From the NCBI GenBank assembly GCA_049799515.1, contig JBARIA010000119.1, positions 18,613-82,612 on the forward strand: a stretch of 64,000 bases of DNA. The letters run 5' to 3'. The first letter of the stretch is position 1, and the number at the start of each line of letters is the position of its first letter. Position numbers and translations under genes: made by a program. A model generated the notes under the pieces. That model was given only the letters and a program-made list of their open reading frames with translations. It did not search any database and was not told the DNA's origin. The stretch is from Candidatus Dormiibacterota bacterium. GTDB lineage: Bacteria > Chloroflexota > Dormibacteria > Aeolococcales > Bog-877. Below, one piece after another: positions 46,565 through 56,838 of this stretch.

Positions 46565-46687
46565 GTTCTGCTGGGAAAAGGAACGCCGAAGCGTTGGAGC
46601 CGACCGAGGCGGGCCTTGGTTGGCCGTCAGCCGCCGGCGGAAAAGCTCCAGCCGGCGGTTGGGGTGGTGGCGGGCGCCCTCACACCC

Positions 46688-47311
46688 TCAGGAGAAGAGC
46701 CCCTCGGTGGTGGTCACCGGACGCCACTTGGGCCGGCTCAGCTCGAAGGCGGCGATGGCCTTCTCCTGACCGACGGCCATGGCGATCGGATCGCGGCCGC
46801 TCAGTAAACAGTCACGCCAGAAGGGGTCGATGGCGAAGTCGGCGATCGACCCACCTTGGTCCCGGACCTGTTGCTGGTCGAGGTCGACAGCCAGCCGATA
46901 ACCGCCCTTCGTCGCGCGCTCACGGAGGCCGGTTACCGCATCGGCTGGCAGCTGGACCGGAAGCAGTCCGTTCTGCAGGGCATTGGCGGTGAAGATGTCG
47001 GCGAAGGACGGAGCGATGACCACCCTGAATCCCATCCCCACCAGTGCCCACACGGCGTGTTCCCGCGAGGAACCGCAGCCGAAGTTGCGCCCGGTGACCA
47101 GGATGCTGGCGCCTTGACAGGCCGGGTCGTTCAGTTCGAATTCGGGACGGGGCTGTCCCTGGTCGTCGTAGCGCCAGGCGAAGAAGCAGGCGTCGCCGTA
47201 GTCGTCCCGGTCGGTCCGCTTCAGGAACTGCTTGGGGATGATCTGGTCGGTGTCGACATCGTCGCGGCTCAGGGCCGCACAAAGCCCCTCGTGAAGCGTG
47301 AAGACATCCAT
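46688..47311 (-). CDS. leuD: 3-isopropylmalate dehydratase small subunit
   Basis: 207 aa with DVDTDQIIPKQFLK and GRNFGCGSSREHA. Confidence 0.9.
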   Translation of the reverse strand: MDVFTLHEGLCAALSRDDVDTDQIIPKQFLKRTDRDDYGDACFFAWRYDDQGQPRPEFELNDPACQGASILVTGRNFGCGSSREHAVWALVGMGFRVVIAPSFADIFTANALQNGLLPVQLPADAVTGLRERATKGGYRLAVDLDQQQVRDQGGSIADFAIDPFWRDCLLSGRDPIAMAVGQEKAIAAFELSRPKWRPVTTTEGLFS

Positions 47312-47320
47312 CTCTTTGCC

Positions 47321-48805
47321 CTACCCGACGGCCGTCAGGGCGGCCGGCTCCAGATCTCGGACGTCGACGAAGTGACCGTGGAGTGCCGCCGCTGCTGCCA
47401 TCGACGGACTGACCAGGTGGGTGCGGCCCCCGGCGCCCTGGCGACCCTCGAAATTGCGGTTCGAGGTCGAGGCGCAGCGCTCGCCTGAGGCCAGTACATC
47501 CGGGTTCATGCCCAGGCACATCGAGCAGCCGGCCTCCCGCCATTCGAAGCCCGCGTCGATGAAGATGCGGTCGAGCCCCTCCTTCTCGGCGGCCCGCTTG
47601 ACGGTTTGGGATCCTGGCACGACCATCGCCCGGACCCCGGGATGCACCCGACCGCCGGCGGCGATGGCCGCTGCAGCTCGGAGGTCCTCCAGCCGGCCGT
47701 TGGTGCAGGAACCGATGAATACCCGGTCGATCGAGATCTCCTCGATCGCGGTGCCCTCGGTGAGCCCCATGTACTCCAGAGCCCGGACAACCTGCTGGCG
47801 CTCCAACTCGTTGCTGAACTCGCTCAGCCGGGGAATCCGCCCGGTTACCTGGGCCACCATGCCCGGGTTGGTTCCCCAGGTCACATGGGGCACCAGCTGG
47901 CTGGCCTCGATCACAACCGTGCGATCAAATTCCGCCCCTTCGTCGGTGGCGAACTCCAGCCAGGCCTGGGTCGCCTGCTCGAACTCCGACCCTTTCGGGG
48001 AGGCCGCCCGACCGGCCAGGTAGCGCACCGTTGTCTGGTCAGCGGAGACCAGTCCAGCTCGAGCTCCCGCCTCGATAGTCAGGTTGCAGACCGTCATCCG
48101 ACCCTCCATTGACAGCGCCCTGATGGCGCTGCCGCAGTACTCGACCACGGTGCCCTGAGCGCCCGCCACCCCAACCCGGCCGATGATCGCCAGGGCCATG
48201 TCCTTGGCGGTAACCCCCAGCGGTAGCTCACCGTCCACTCTGATCTCCAGGGTCTGGGCGGGAGCTTGCCAGAGGCACTGGGTGGCCAGAACCTGCTCCA
48301 CCTCGGAGGTACCGATCCCAAAGGCCAGCGCTCCAAGTGCCCCGAGCGTCGAGGTGTGGGAGTCGCCGCAGACGATGGTCATGCCCGGCTGGATCAGGCC
48401 CAGCTCCGGTCCGATCACGTGAACGATCCCCTGGCGCCGGTGGTGCAGATCCAGCAGGGGCACCCGGGCCTCGCCGCAGTTGGCGGCCAGCTGACGGAGC
48501 TGCTCGGCGGCCACCGGGTCGGGGGTGGGCCGGCTGCGCTCCCAGGTGGGCACGGTGTGGTCCATCACCGCCAGGGTGAGGTCGGCGCGACGGACTCCCC
48601 GACCCTCCGCCCGCAGTCCGGCGAACGCTTGGGGCGAGGTCACTTCATGGACCAGGTGCAGGTCGACGTAGATCAGGGCCCGGGAGTCCGGGTCGCCGCT
48701 GACCGTGTGCGCGTCCCAGATCTTGCGATACGCGGTCCGGGGGGCAGCCGACGATTCCTGCTTGACCACGGCGCGGTTCTGCTCCATCCGGTTGATGTCC
48801 TTCAT
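47321..48805 (-). CDS. leuC: 3-isopropylmalate dehydratase large subunit
   Basis: The ORF track gives 47321..48961. I trim the start to ATG 48805 (alternative 48787), downstream of the cimA stop. Aconitase-family motifs are VCGDSHT, GSCTNGR and NRNFEGRQG. Confidence 0.9.
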   Translation of the reverse strand: MKDINRMEQNRAVVKQESSAAPRTAYRKIWDAHTVSGDPDSRALIYVDLHLVHEVTSPQAFAGLRAEGRGVRRADLTLAVMDHTVPTWERSRPTPDPVAAEQLRQLAANCGEARVPLLDLHHRRQGIVHVIGPELGLIQPGMTIVCGDSHTSTLGALGALAFGIGTSEVEQVLATQCLWQAPAQTLEIRVDGELPLGVTAKDMALAIIGRVGVAGAQGTVVEYCGSAIRALSMEGRMTVCNLTIEAGARAGLVSADQTTVRYLAGRAASPKGSEFEQATQAWLEFATDEGAEFDRTVVIEASQLVPHVTWGTNPGMVAQVTGRIPRLSEFSNELERQQVVRALEYMGLTEGTAIEEISIDRVFIGSCTNGRLEDLRAAAAIAAGGRVHPGVRAMVVPGSQTVKRAAEKEGLDRIFIDAGFEWREAGCSMCLGMNPDVLASGERCASTSNRNFEGRQGAGGRTHLVSPSMAAAAALHGHFVDVRDLEPAALTAVG

Positions 48806-48824
48806 ATGGTGCTGGCCAGAATTC

Positions 48825-50459
48825 TCAGGCGGTCGGGGAGAGGCGGGCCAACGATTCGGCATGGCGGGCCGCCCACTCGTAGCTGTCGACCAGCGCCAGC
48901 GCGGAGGCCTGGAGGATGTTGGCGGAGCATCCGACCGTGGTCCAGACCCGCTCGCCGTCACTGGAGTCTATCCCCACCCTTACTGTGGCCCCGGTCCCCT
49001 GATCCCCGTCGATGACCCGAACCCGGTAATCCAGCAGCTGTACTGAGGCCAGGCTCGGGAAGTGTGGAGCTAAGGCTCGGCGCAGGGCCAGGTCGAGCGC
49101 CTCCACCGGGCCGGCCGCCTCGGCGGCGGTGTGGACCACGGTGCCGGCCACCAGCACCTTGACACTGGCCTGAACGTTCTGGGACGGCTCAGCCGCCCGC
49201 GGGGTCGAGGTCTCGTGGGCCACCAACAGCGACTCCTGCAGCGCGAACGGCGCGCAGTCGCCCGGGGCGCTCCTGGTGACCAGCAGCTCGAAGGAGGCGT
49301 CGGCGTCCTCGAAGGCCCAGCCGGCGGTTTCCAGCTGCTTCAGTCGCTCCACGATGGATCCGCGGGCGTCCCGGTCAAGACCCTCAAGCCCCAGCTCCTT
49401 CAGCTTGCTGGCAACGTTGCTGCGCCCGCTCTGGTCGGAGACCACCGTCCGGGCCTCGTTCCCCACCAAAGCGGGGTCGATGTGCTGATAGGCGCGCTCG
49501 TCCCGGGCGACCGCCTGGGCGTGGAGTCCCCCCTTGTGCAGAAAGGCGGCAGGGCCGACGTAGGGCCGGTGGGGATCCGGTGCCCGGTTGACCAGGGCGT
49601 CGAACAAGCGGGAGACCCCGACCAGCTCCTGCAAGCGCCCAGGACTGAGCACCGGGCGTCCCAACTTCAACTGGAGGTTGGCGGCGATGACCAAGAGGTC
49701 GGCGTTGCCGCAGCGCTCGCCGCTGCCGTTGACGGTGCCCTGGACCATGGTGGCGCCGGCCTCCACCGCGGCCAGGGAGTTGGCCACCGCGACTCCAGCG
49801 TCGTTATGGCAGTGGATCCCGAGCGGTACCTCGATCTTGGCTCGCACCACCTCGGTGGCCCGGCCCACCGCAGTTGGAAGCTGGCCGCCGTTGGTGTCGC
49901 AGAGGACTAACCAACTGGCACCGGCCCGGGCCGCGGTCTCGATCACGGACAGGGCGTAACCCTGGTCCTGGTCCAGCCCGTCGAAGAAATGCTCGGCGTC
50001 GAAGATCACCTCTCGGCCCAGGGCGACCGCGTAGGTGACGGTGTCCTCCACCATCCGCAGGTTCTCCTGTGCTGTGGTGCCCAGCACCGTCTCCGCCTGC
50101 CAGCGGGAGGACTTGCCCACCACCGTCACCACCGGGGCGCCGGAGTTGATGGTCAGCGCCAGTCCCGGGTCGAGCAGCGCCTCGACTCCCGGGCGACAGG
50201 TCGAACCGAAGGCGGCCAGCCGGGCAGAGCCCAGCGGGGCCAGGGCCAACCGCTCGAAGACGGCGGTGTCCCGTGGATTGGCCCCCGGCCAGCCGGCCTC
50301 GACGTAGTCGACCCCCAGATCATCGAGGCGGCGGGCGACCTTGAGCTTCTGCTCGATGCTGAGCTGGAGGCCGAAGCCCTGCATCCCATCACGCAGGGTG
50401 GTGTCGTAGAGCACCACCTTTGCCGCCCCCGGAAGGTCCTTTCGGGCTGCCGCACTCAT
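48825..50459 (-). CDS. cimA: Citramalate synthase-type member of the 2-isopropylmalate synthase family (with C-terminal regulatory domain)
   Basis: 544 aa. The opening [20 protein letters not shown]...[15 protein letters not shown] fits my recollection of the CimA (LeuA2) clade. HCHND is present, and a long C-terminal domain is retained. Confidence 0.75.
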   Translation of the reverse strand: MSAAARKDLPGAAKVVLYDTTLRDGMQGFGLQLSIEQKLKVARRLDDLGVDYVEAGWPGANPRDTAVFERLALAPLGSARLAAFGSTCRPGVEALLDPGLALTINSGAPVVTVVGKSSRWQAETVLGTTAQENLRMVEDTVTYAVALGREVIFDAEHFFDGLDQDQGYALSVIETAARAGASWLVLCDTNGGQLPTAVGRATEVVRAKIEVPLGIHCHNDAGVAVANSLAAVEAGATMVQGTVNGSGERCGNADLLVIAANLQLKLGRPVLSPGRLQELVGVSRLFDALVNRAPDPHRPYVGPAAFLHKGGLHAQAVARDERAYQHIDPALVGNEARTVVSDQSGRSNVASKLKELGLEGLDRDARGSIVERLKQLETAGWAFEDADASFELLVTRSAPGDCAPFALQESLLVAHETSTPRAAEPSQNVQASVKVLVAGTVVHTAAEAAGPVEALDLALRRALAPHFPSLASVQLLDYRVRVIDGDQGTGATVRVGIDSSDGERVWTTVGCSANILQASALALVDSYEWAARHAESLARLSPTA

Positions 50460-51541
50460 GCGGTGGCTCCCACCGCCAGCCGTGCGAGCACTGCCTCGGT
50501 GACCGACTCGCTGGTCGCAGTTCCGCCGAGGTCGGGGGTAAGCCGACCCTCGGCGATCACCGCTCCGACTGCCTGCTCGACCGCCACCGCCAGCTCCTCC
50601 AGCTTGAGCGTGAGCCGGAGCAACAGGGCAACGGTGGCGATGGCTCCCAGGGGATTGGCGATTCCTTTCCCAGCGATGTCAGGCGCCGAGCCGTGGACCG
50701 GCTCATAGAGCCAGGGACCCTCCCCTCCTCCGCTGGCTGATGGGAGGACCCCGAGCGAGCCGCTGAGGGCGCCGGCCTCGTCAGTGAGGATGTCGCCGAA
50801 GAGGTTCTCGGTGACCACCACGTCGAAGGCTGCCGGCTGTTGCAGCATCCGCAGCGCGAAGCTGTCCACCAGGCAGTGCTCCAGAGCCACGTCGGGGAAC
50901 TTCTGACCAACGTCGGACACCACCTCACGCCAGAGCTGGGAGGTGGCCAGCACGTTGGCCTTGTCCACCGAGGTGACCTGGGAGCGGCGCTGCCGGGCTG
51001 CCCGGAAGGCCACCTCGGCGGTCCGCCGGACCTCGGCCTCGCTGTACTCACTGGTGTCCACCGAATGGCGGTGGGGAGAGTGGCCGGAGACCCCCCTGGG
51101 CCGACCGAAGTAGATTCCCCCTGTGAGTTCGCGGACGAAGAGGATGTCGGCGCCCCGGAGCAACTCCTGGCGGAGCGGGCTGAGCCGCTCCAGCCCTGGC
51201 CAGACCCTGACCGGCCGGAGATTGGCGAAGGCCCCCAACCCGGAGCGCAGCCGCAGCAGCCCAGCCTCCGGTCGGACCGGGGCGTGGTCCCAGGCGGGCC
51301 CCCCGACCGCCCCCAGGAAGACGGCGTCAGCCGAGCACGCCGCCGTCAGGCTCTCGTCGGGGAGCGGGTCCCCGGTCTGGTCCAGGGCCGACCCCCCGAT
51401 CAGATGGGAGCTGCTGATCAGGCTGATCCCCACCGAGCGCAGGGCGGTCTCCAGCACCCGGAGAGCTGCCGCGGTCACCTCGGGGCCGATGCCGTCGCCA
51501 GCCAGCACGGTCAGGTGCAGCGCCTTCGGTTGATCGGTCAC
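50456..51541 (-). CDS. leuB: 3-isopropylmalate dehydrogenase
   Basis: 361 aa with VLAGDGIGPEV, LFVRELTGGIYFG, NLFGDILTDEA and GSAPDIAGKGIANP. There are 4-nt overlaps with both neighbours. Confidence 0.9.
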   Translation of the reverse strand: MTDQPKALHLTVLAGDGIGPEVTAAALRVLETALRSVGISLISSSHLIGGSALDQTGDPLPDESLTAACSADAVFLGAVGGPAWDHAPVRPEAGLLRLRSGLGAFANLRPVRVWPGLERLSPLRQELLRGADILFVRELTGGIYFGRPRGVSGHSPHRHSVDTSEYSEAEVRRTAEVAFRAARQRRSQVTSVDKANVLATSQLWREVVSDVGQKFPDVALEHCLVDSFALRMLQQPAAFDVVVTENLFGDILTDEAGALSGSLGVLPSASGGGEGPWLYEPVHGSAPDIAGKGIANPLGAIATVALLLRLTLKLEELAVAVEQAVGAVIAEGRLTPDLGGTATSESVTEAVLARLAVGATA

Positions 51542-52754
51542 CCGGGGGCTGACCTCAAGGTGGCCTGGGCTCCGGATACCTCACCGACGATCTGGGTCAG
51601 GGTCTCGTCCTCGACCTCCTTGGAGCTGTCCGCCACCTCCAGAAAGCGGGTCCAGACCGCCTGGAAGGAGTCCGGTGGCAGCTCCAGCCCGATCCGGTCC
51701 AACCGGTGCCGCAAGGCGTGCCGTCCAGAGCGGGCGGTCAGGACGATCCTGGACTCTCCGGCGCCGACATCCTCGGCCGCGATGATCTCGTAGGTCCGGC
51801 GATCCTTGAGGACCCCGTGCTGATGCACCCCGGAGGCGTGGGCGAAAGCGTTGGCGCCCACCACCGGCTTGTTGGCGGGCACCATCATCCCGGTCAGCTC
51901 CGCGACCAGCCGGCTGGTCGGCACCAGCTCGGTGGCGCAGAGGTTGTCGGCCAGCCCGAGCACCGGCCGGCGCACCCGAAGCGCCATCAGGATCTCCTCA
52001 ATGGAGGCGTTGCCAGCCCGCTCTCCGATCCCGTTGATGCAACCCTCGACCCGCCTGGCTCCGGCGGCGATCCCGGCAAGCGAATTGGCGGTCGCCAGCC
52101 CCAGGTCATCGTGGCAGTGCACGCTGACCAGCACCCGGTCCATGCCACGGACCTCCCGGCGCACCGTTGCCACCAGGTTCTGAAATTCGCTGGGCAGGCA
52201 GTAGCCGGTGGTGTCGGGCAGGTTGATCACGGTGGCCCCCGAGTCGACGGCGGCCTGGACCACCGCGCAGAGGTAGTCGAGGTCGGCCCGTCCGGCATCC
52301 TCGGGGGAGAACTGGACATCGTCGCAGAGGGTTTTGGCGTACGCGATCGCCTCCGCCGTCTGGCGGAGGACGGCGGCCCGATCCAGCCCCAGCTTGTGGG
52401 TGATGTGGATGTCGGAGACGCTCATGAAGACGTGGATCAGGTGCCGGGGCGCGTCCCGGACCGCCTGGTAGACCGCGTCGATGTCGCTCGCCTTGGTCCT
52501 GGCCAGCCCGGTCACCGCCGGTCCCTCGACCTCGCGGGCGATCTGTTGGACCGCCTGGAAGTCGCCTGGGGAGGATGCCGGGAAGCCGGCCTCGATGACG
52601 TCGACCTGGAGCCGCTTGAGCTGGTGGGCGATCACCAGCTTGTCGGCCGGGTGCAGGGTTGCCCCCGGGCACTGCTCGCCGTCGCGCAGGGTGGTGTCGA
52701 AGAACTGCACTACCTCGGGCTGCTCGCCCTGGGCTACTGAGCCCTCCCCGGTGC

Positions 52755-52758
<4 letters not shown>
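51538..52758 (-). CDS. leuA: 2-isopropylmalate synthase family enzyme, short form (no C-terminal regulatory domain)
   Basis: 406 aa with [27 protein letters not shown] and [16 protein letters not shown]. It ends shortly after ...[16 protein letters not shown], where full-length LeuA would continue into the LeuA_dimer domain. Confidence 0.8.
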
Positions 52759-53818
<1,060 letters not shown>

Positions 53819-53822
<4 letters not shown>

Positions 53823-54421
53823 GTCTCAGACCTCCCTCCGGGGTCAGGGGCTGAATCGGGGCTAGAACCCCCGGCGGGGACGGTGGCCAAAGCCAGCGGT
53901 CCACTGGAGATCCAATCGGAACTGGTTCTCTGCCGCAGCTCCGCCAGCGCCTCCTCCACCGGTCCCGGCGGGCCGGAGATGGCGGCGATGGTCCGCTCAC
54001 CGGTCTGACGCACCACCTGGCCGCCGACCCCGGTGGGCAGCCCGGTGAAGGTTCTGTCCAGCTGGTCGGTGCGGAGGTCGATCAGCGCCGTGCTCCACTC
54101 CACCGTGGCGGAGTTGGTGATGTCCTCGACGCTGACCACGTCGATCAGCTTGTTGAGCTGCTTGACGATCTGCTCATGAGCCTGGGTGCCGGCGTCTATG
54201 CGCAGGCTGATGGCCACCACGCCGGGCTCGGCGCTGGGACCGACCGCGCAGGTCTCGATGCCGAATCCGCGCCGACCCAGCAAGTTGGTGACCCGCTGCA
54301 GGACGCCGCGGCGGTCCTCCACCCTGACCGAGATCAGCCGAATCCGGCCGGGGTGGCGGGTGGTGGTGAGCCCGTCGGTGCCGGGGGCCAGCCGGGGAGC
54401 GGCGATGGCCGGTGGAGCCAT
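53819..54421 (-). CDS. ilvN: Acetolactate synthase small (regulatory) subunit
   Basis: ACT-domain sequence [32 protein letters not shown]...[17 protein letters not shown] prefer ATG 54421 (TGATG junction with the ilvB stop). The track start is 54436. Confidence 0.85.
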
Positions 54422-56157
54422 CAAGGCCCCGGACACTCGACGAAGTCGGAGAGGCCCATCCCCAGCGGCACGATCGGGTAGACGTTGGCGTCGGGGTCGA
54501 TCTGGAAGTCGACCACCGCTGGACCCGGGTGGGCGAAGGCCTCGTCCAGCGCGGGCCCGATCTCGCGCGACTCGCGGACCACCGCGCCGAAGCAGCCGAA
54601 GGCCCGGGCCAACATCGCGAAGTCGGGGGTGAGCACATGGTCGACCTGGGAGCGCACCCCGCCGTAGAAGTCGTCCTGAAACTGGCGCACCATGCCCAGC
54701 TGGCGATTGTTGAGGACCACCGCCTTGACCGGCAAATGGGACTCGGCAGCGGTTGCCAGCTCCTGCAGGGTCATCACGAATCCGCCCTCGCCGCTGACGC
54801 TCAGCACCCGGCGCTCCGGGTGAGCGGCCTGGGCTCCTATGGCGGCCGGGAGGGCGAAGCCCATGGTCCCCTGACCGCCGGAGTTGAGGAAGAGTCCGGG
54901 CCGATCTCCGGTCCAGGCCACCGCCGCCCAGATCTGGTTGAGCCCCACGTCGGCGACGGTGATGTCATCCGGGCCCAGCCGGGCGTAGCAGGCGGCCAGC
55001 ACCTCCTGGGGTTGAAGCCGTCCGTTGTGCGGGTGGCGCAGGGGGTGCTGGGCCCGCCAGCCGTCCACCTGGGCGCGCCAGTGGGGTCGGCTCTTTGCAG
55101 AGAGCTGGGCCTCCAGCTCCTCCAGGGCGGCCCGAGCGTCGCCCACGATCTGGCAGTCCGCCTTGACCGTCTTGCCCAACTCGGCCGGGTCGATGTTGAT
55201 GTGAATGATGTGAGTCGCCCGGGGGGCGAACTGATCCAAGCGGCAGGTGACCCGGTCATCGGCCCGCATGCCGACCATCAGCAGGACGTCGCAGTTGGTC
55301 ACCGCCCGGTTGCAGTAGCCGGTGCCCATGAAGCCGACCAGACCCAGCGCCAGGGGATGGCTGCTGGGGAAGATCCCGGTTCCCAGCAGGGTGGTTCCCA
55401 CCGGCGCGTCGCAGGTCTCGGCCAGGGCCCGGAGGGCGGCTTGGCCGCCAGAGATGGCCACCCCCCTGCCCGCCAGAATCATGGGCCGATCGGCCGCTGC
55501 CAGAAACCCCGCCGCCTGGGCGAGTTGGGATCGGTCGGGCCGTCCCGGCGCCCGGTGTGGCCGCTGCCGCTGGATCGGATCCGCCACCTCGTCAACCCGC
55601 TGCTGCTGGACGTCCTTGGGGATGTCGATGAGGACTGCCCCGGGCCGTCCGGTGCGGGCGATATGGAAGGCTTCGGCGACCACCCCGGGGATGTCCGCCG
55701 CATCGAGGATCTGGTAGCTGTGCTTGGTCACCGAGAGGCTGGAGCCGATCACGTCCGACTCCTGGAAGGCGTCGGTGCCGATGGTCGCCGCCGCCACCTG
55801 CCCGGTGATCGCCACCACCGGCACCGAGTCGAAGTGGGCGGTGGCCAGCCCGGTGATCAGGTTGAGGGCGCCCGGCCCGGAGGTCGCCACGCACACCCCC
55901 ACCCTGCCGCTGGCCCGGGCGTAGCCATCTGCCATGTGGGCAGCGCCCTGCTCATGGCGGACCAGCACGTGCCGGAGGGGAAAGTCGGGCAGGTGCTGAT
56001 AGATGGGCAGGTTGGCTCCGCCGGGTATGCCGAAGACCGTGTCCACCCCTTCCTTGACCAGCGCGGCCAGCAGCAGCTCGGCGCCGGTCGTCCCGGGGGT
56101 GAGGCTCGGCGCCGGAACCTGCCGGGTCGCGCGATCGATGGTGGCGGTGATGGTCAC
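54421..56157 (-). CDS. ilvB: Acetolactate synthase large (catalytic) subunit
   Basis: 578 aa with GAELLLAALVKEGVDTVFGIPGG, ADGYARASGRVGVCVATSGPGALN and SGEGGFVMTLQELATA...VLNNRQLGMV. Confidence 0.92.
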   Translation of the reverse strand: MTITATIDRATRQVPAPSLTPGTTGAELLLAALVKEGVDTVFGIPGGANLPIYQHLPDFPLRHVLVRHEQGAAHMADGYARASGRVGVCVATSGPGALNLITGLATAHFDSVPVVAITGQVAAATIGTDAFQESDVIGSSLSVTKHSYQILDAADIPGVVAEAFHIARTGRPGAVLIDIPKDVQQQRVDEVADPIQRQRPHRAPGRPDRSQLAQAAGFLAAADRPMILAGRGVAISGGQAALRALAETCDAPVGTTLLGTGIFPSSHPLALGLVGFMGTGYCNRAVTNCDVLLMVGMRADDRVTCRLDQFAPRATHIIHINIDPAELGKTVKADCQIVGDARAALEELEAQLSAKSRPHWRAQVDGWRAQHPLRHPHNGRLQPQEVLAACYARLGPDDITVADVGLNQIWAAVAWTGDRPGLFLNSGGQGTMGFALPAAIGAQAAHPERRVLSVSGEGGFVMTLQELATAAESHLPVKAVVLNNRQLGMVRQFQDDFYGGVRSQVDHVLTPDFAMLARAFGCFGAVVRESREIGPALDEAFAHPGPAVVDFQIDPDANVYPIVPLGMGLSDFVECPGP

Positions 56158-56170
56158 GGGCTAACTCCGC

Positions 56171-56362
56171 TCAGTCCGAGCCGTAGGCGTTGCCGATGGC
56201 TGCCGTCACGGCGGCGTCGGCGGCCAGGCTGCGCAGCGGTCGCTGGGGGTCGGCGGCGCTCTGGCGGCTCACCCAGTTGCGGCCTGCCTCGTCGAGCTCG
56301 ATGTCATCCGGAAACGTCTCTGAGCGTCCGGATTTGGCGGTTCCTGGCGTTTCGGTGGTCAC
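56171..56362 (-). CDS. Small hypothetical protein (63 aa) between the attenuator and ilvB
   Basis: GTG start with AGGAGA 6-7 nt upstream. Third-position GC is high. It ends 13 nt before the ilvB start. No family recognised. Confidence 0.45.
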   Translation of the reverse strand: MTTETPGTAKSGRSETFPDDIELDEAGRNWVSRQSAADPQRPLRSLAADAAVTAAIGNAYGSD

Positions 56363-56443
56363 GGGATTTCTCCTCTGCGGGTTGACGATGGGTCGAAATT
56401 CGGCTGGGGTAGTAAGGCGGGGTCTTCGCTGCGGTCTGGGTAC

Positions 56444-56479
56444 AAAAAAACCGGCCCCCCGGGGTTTCCGGGGGGCCGG
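56444..56479 (-). terminator. Strong intrinsic terminator (attenuator terminator) upstream of the ilvB operon
   Basis: The minus strand reads CCGGCCCCCCGG-AAACC-CCGGGGGGCCGG followed by TTTTTTT. This is a 12-bp perfect stem (56479-56468 / 56462-56451), a 5-nt loop and a T7 tract (56450-56444). Confidence 0.85.
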
Positions 56480-56503
56480 TGATTTCGCCAGGTCGCGCAG
56501 ACG

Positions 56504-56587
56504 CTAGCTGATCGGCCCTCCGGGAATTAGGAGTACTAGGACCTGGAGGTCCTCGGCGATCAGCAGGACGCGCTGGACGTTCGGCAA
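56504..56587 (-). promoter_or_regulatory. Putative ilv leader peptide ORF (27 codons): MPNVQRVLLIAEDLQVLVLLIPGGPIS
   Basis: My translation runs from TTG 56587 to TAG 56506-56504. 13 of 27 residues are Ile/Leu/Val. The run VLVLLI (56542-56525) uses CTA, GTA and ATT codons. The start codon assignment is uncertain because no clear SD is present. Confidence 0.6.
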
Positions 56588-56596
56588 AGTGTCGTG

Positions 56597-56625
56597 ATTA
56601 TCCGGGCCCACCCATGGAGTGTCAA
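56597..56625 (-). promoter_or_regulatory. Near-consensus sigma-70-type promoter for the ilv leader/operon
   Basis: On the minus strand: TTGACA (56625-56620), a 17-nt spacer, then GATAAT (56602-56597). Confidence 0.65.
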
Positions 56626-56838
56626 GTCACGGAACGGTCGCGGGTCGGAATGGAGTCCGTGCCCAGCGTCTGCTGAGTGCCATTCTCTAGCCCTTCGACG
56701 CGTTGCCAGGGCAGCTGGTCGATGGCGCCGCTCGGGGCCCGGTGAGGCTGGAATTGGACTCCGAAGTGGTCGCGCGGCTGAAAAAGAGCCCCTTGCTAGC
56801 ATCGATTTGGTCAGGTGACCCTCTGGGAGGAATTGACC

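Noticed and set aside
54412-56385. 657-aa plus-strand ORF, the longest in the track, covering the ilvB locus
   Set aside because: It is antisense to an unmistakable acetolactate synthase large subunit. Its translation is Gly/Arg/Pro/His-rich with no recognisable motif, which is the usual shadow ORF of high-GC DNA.
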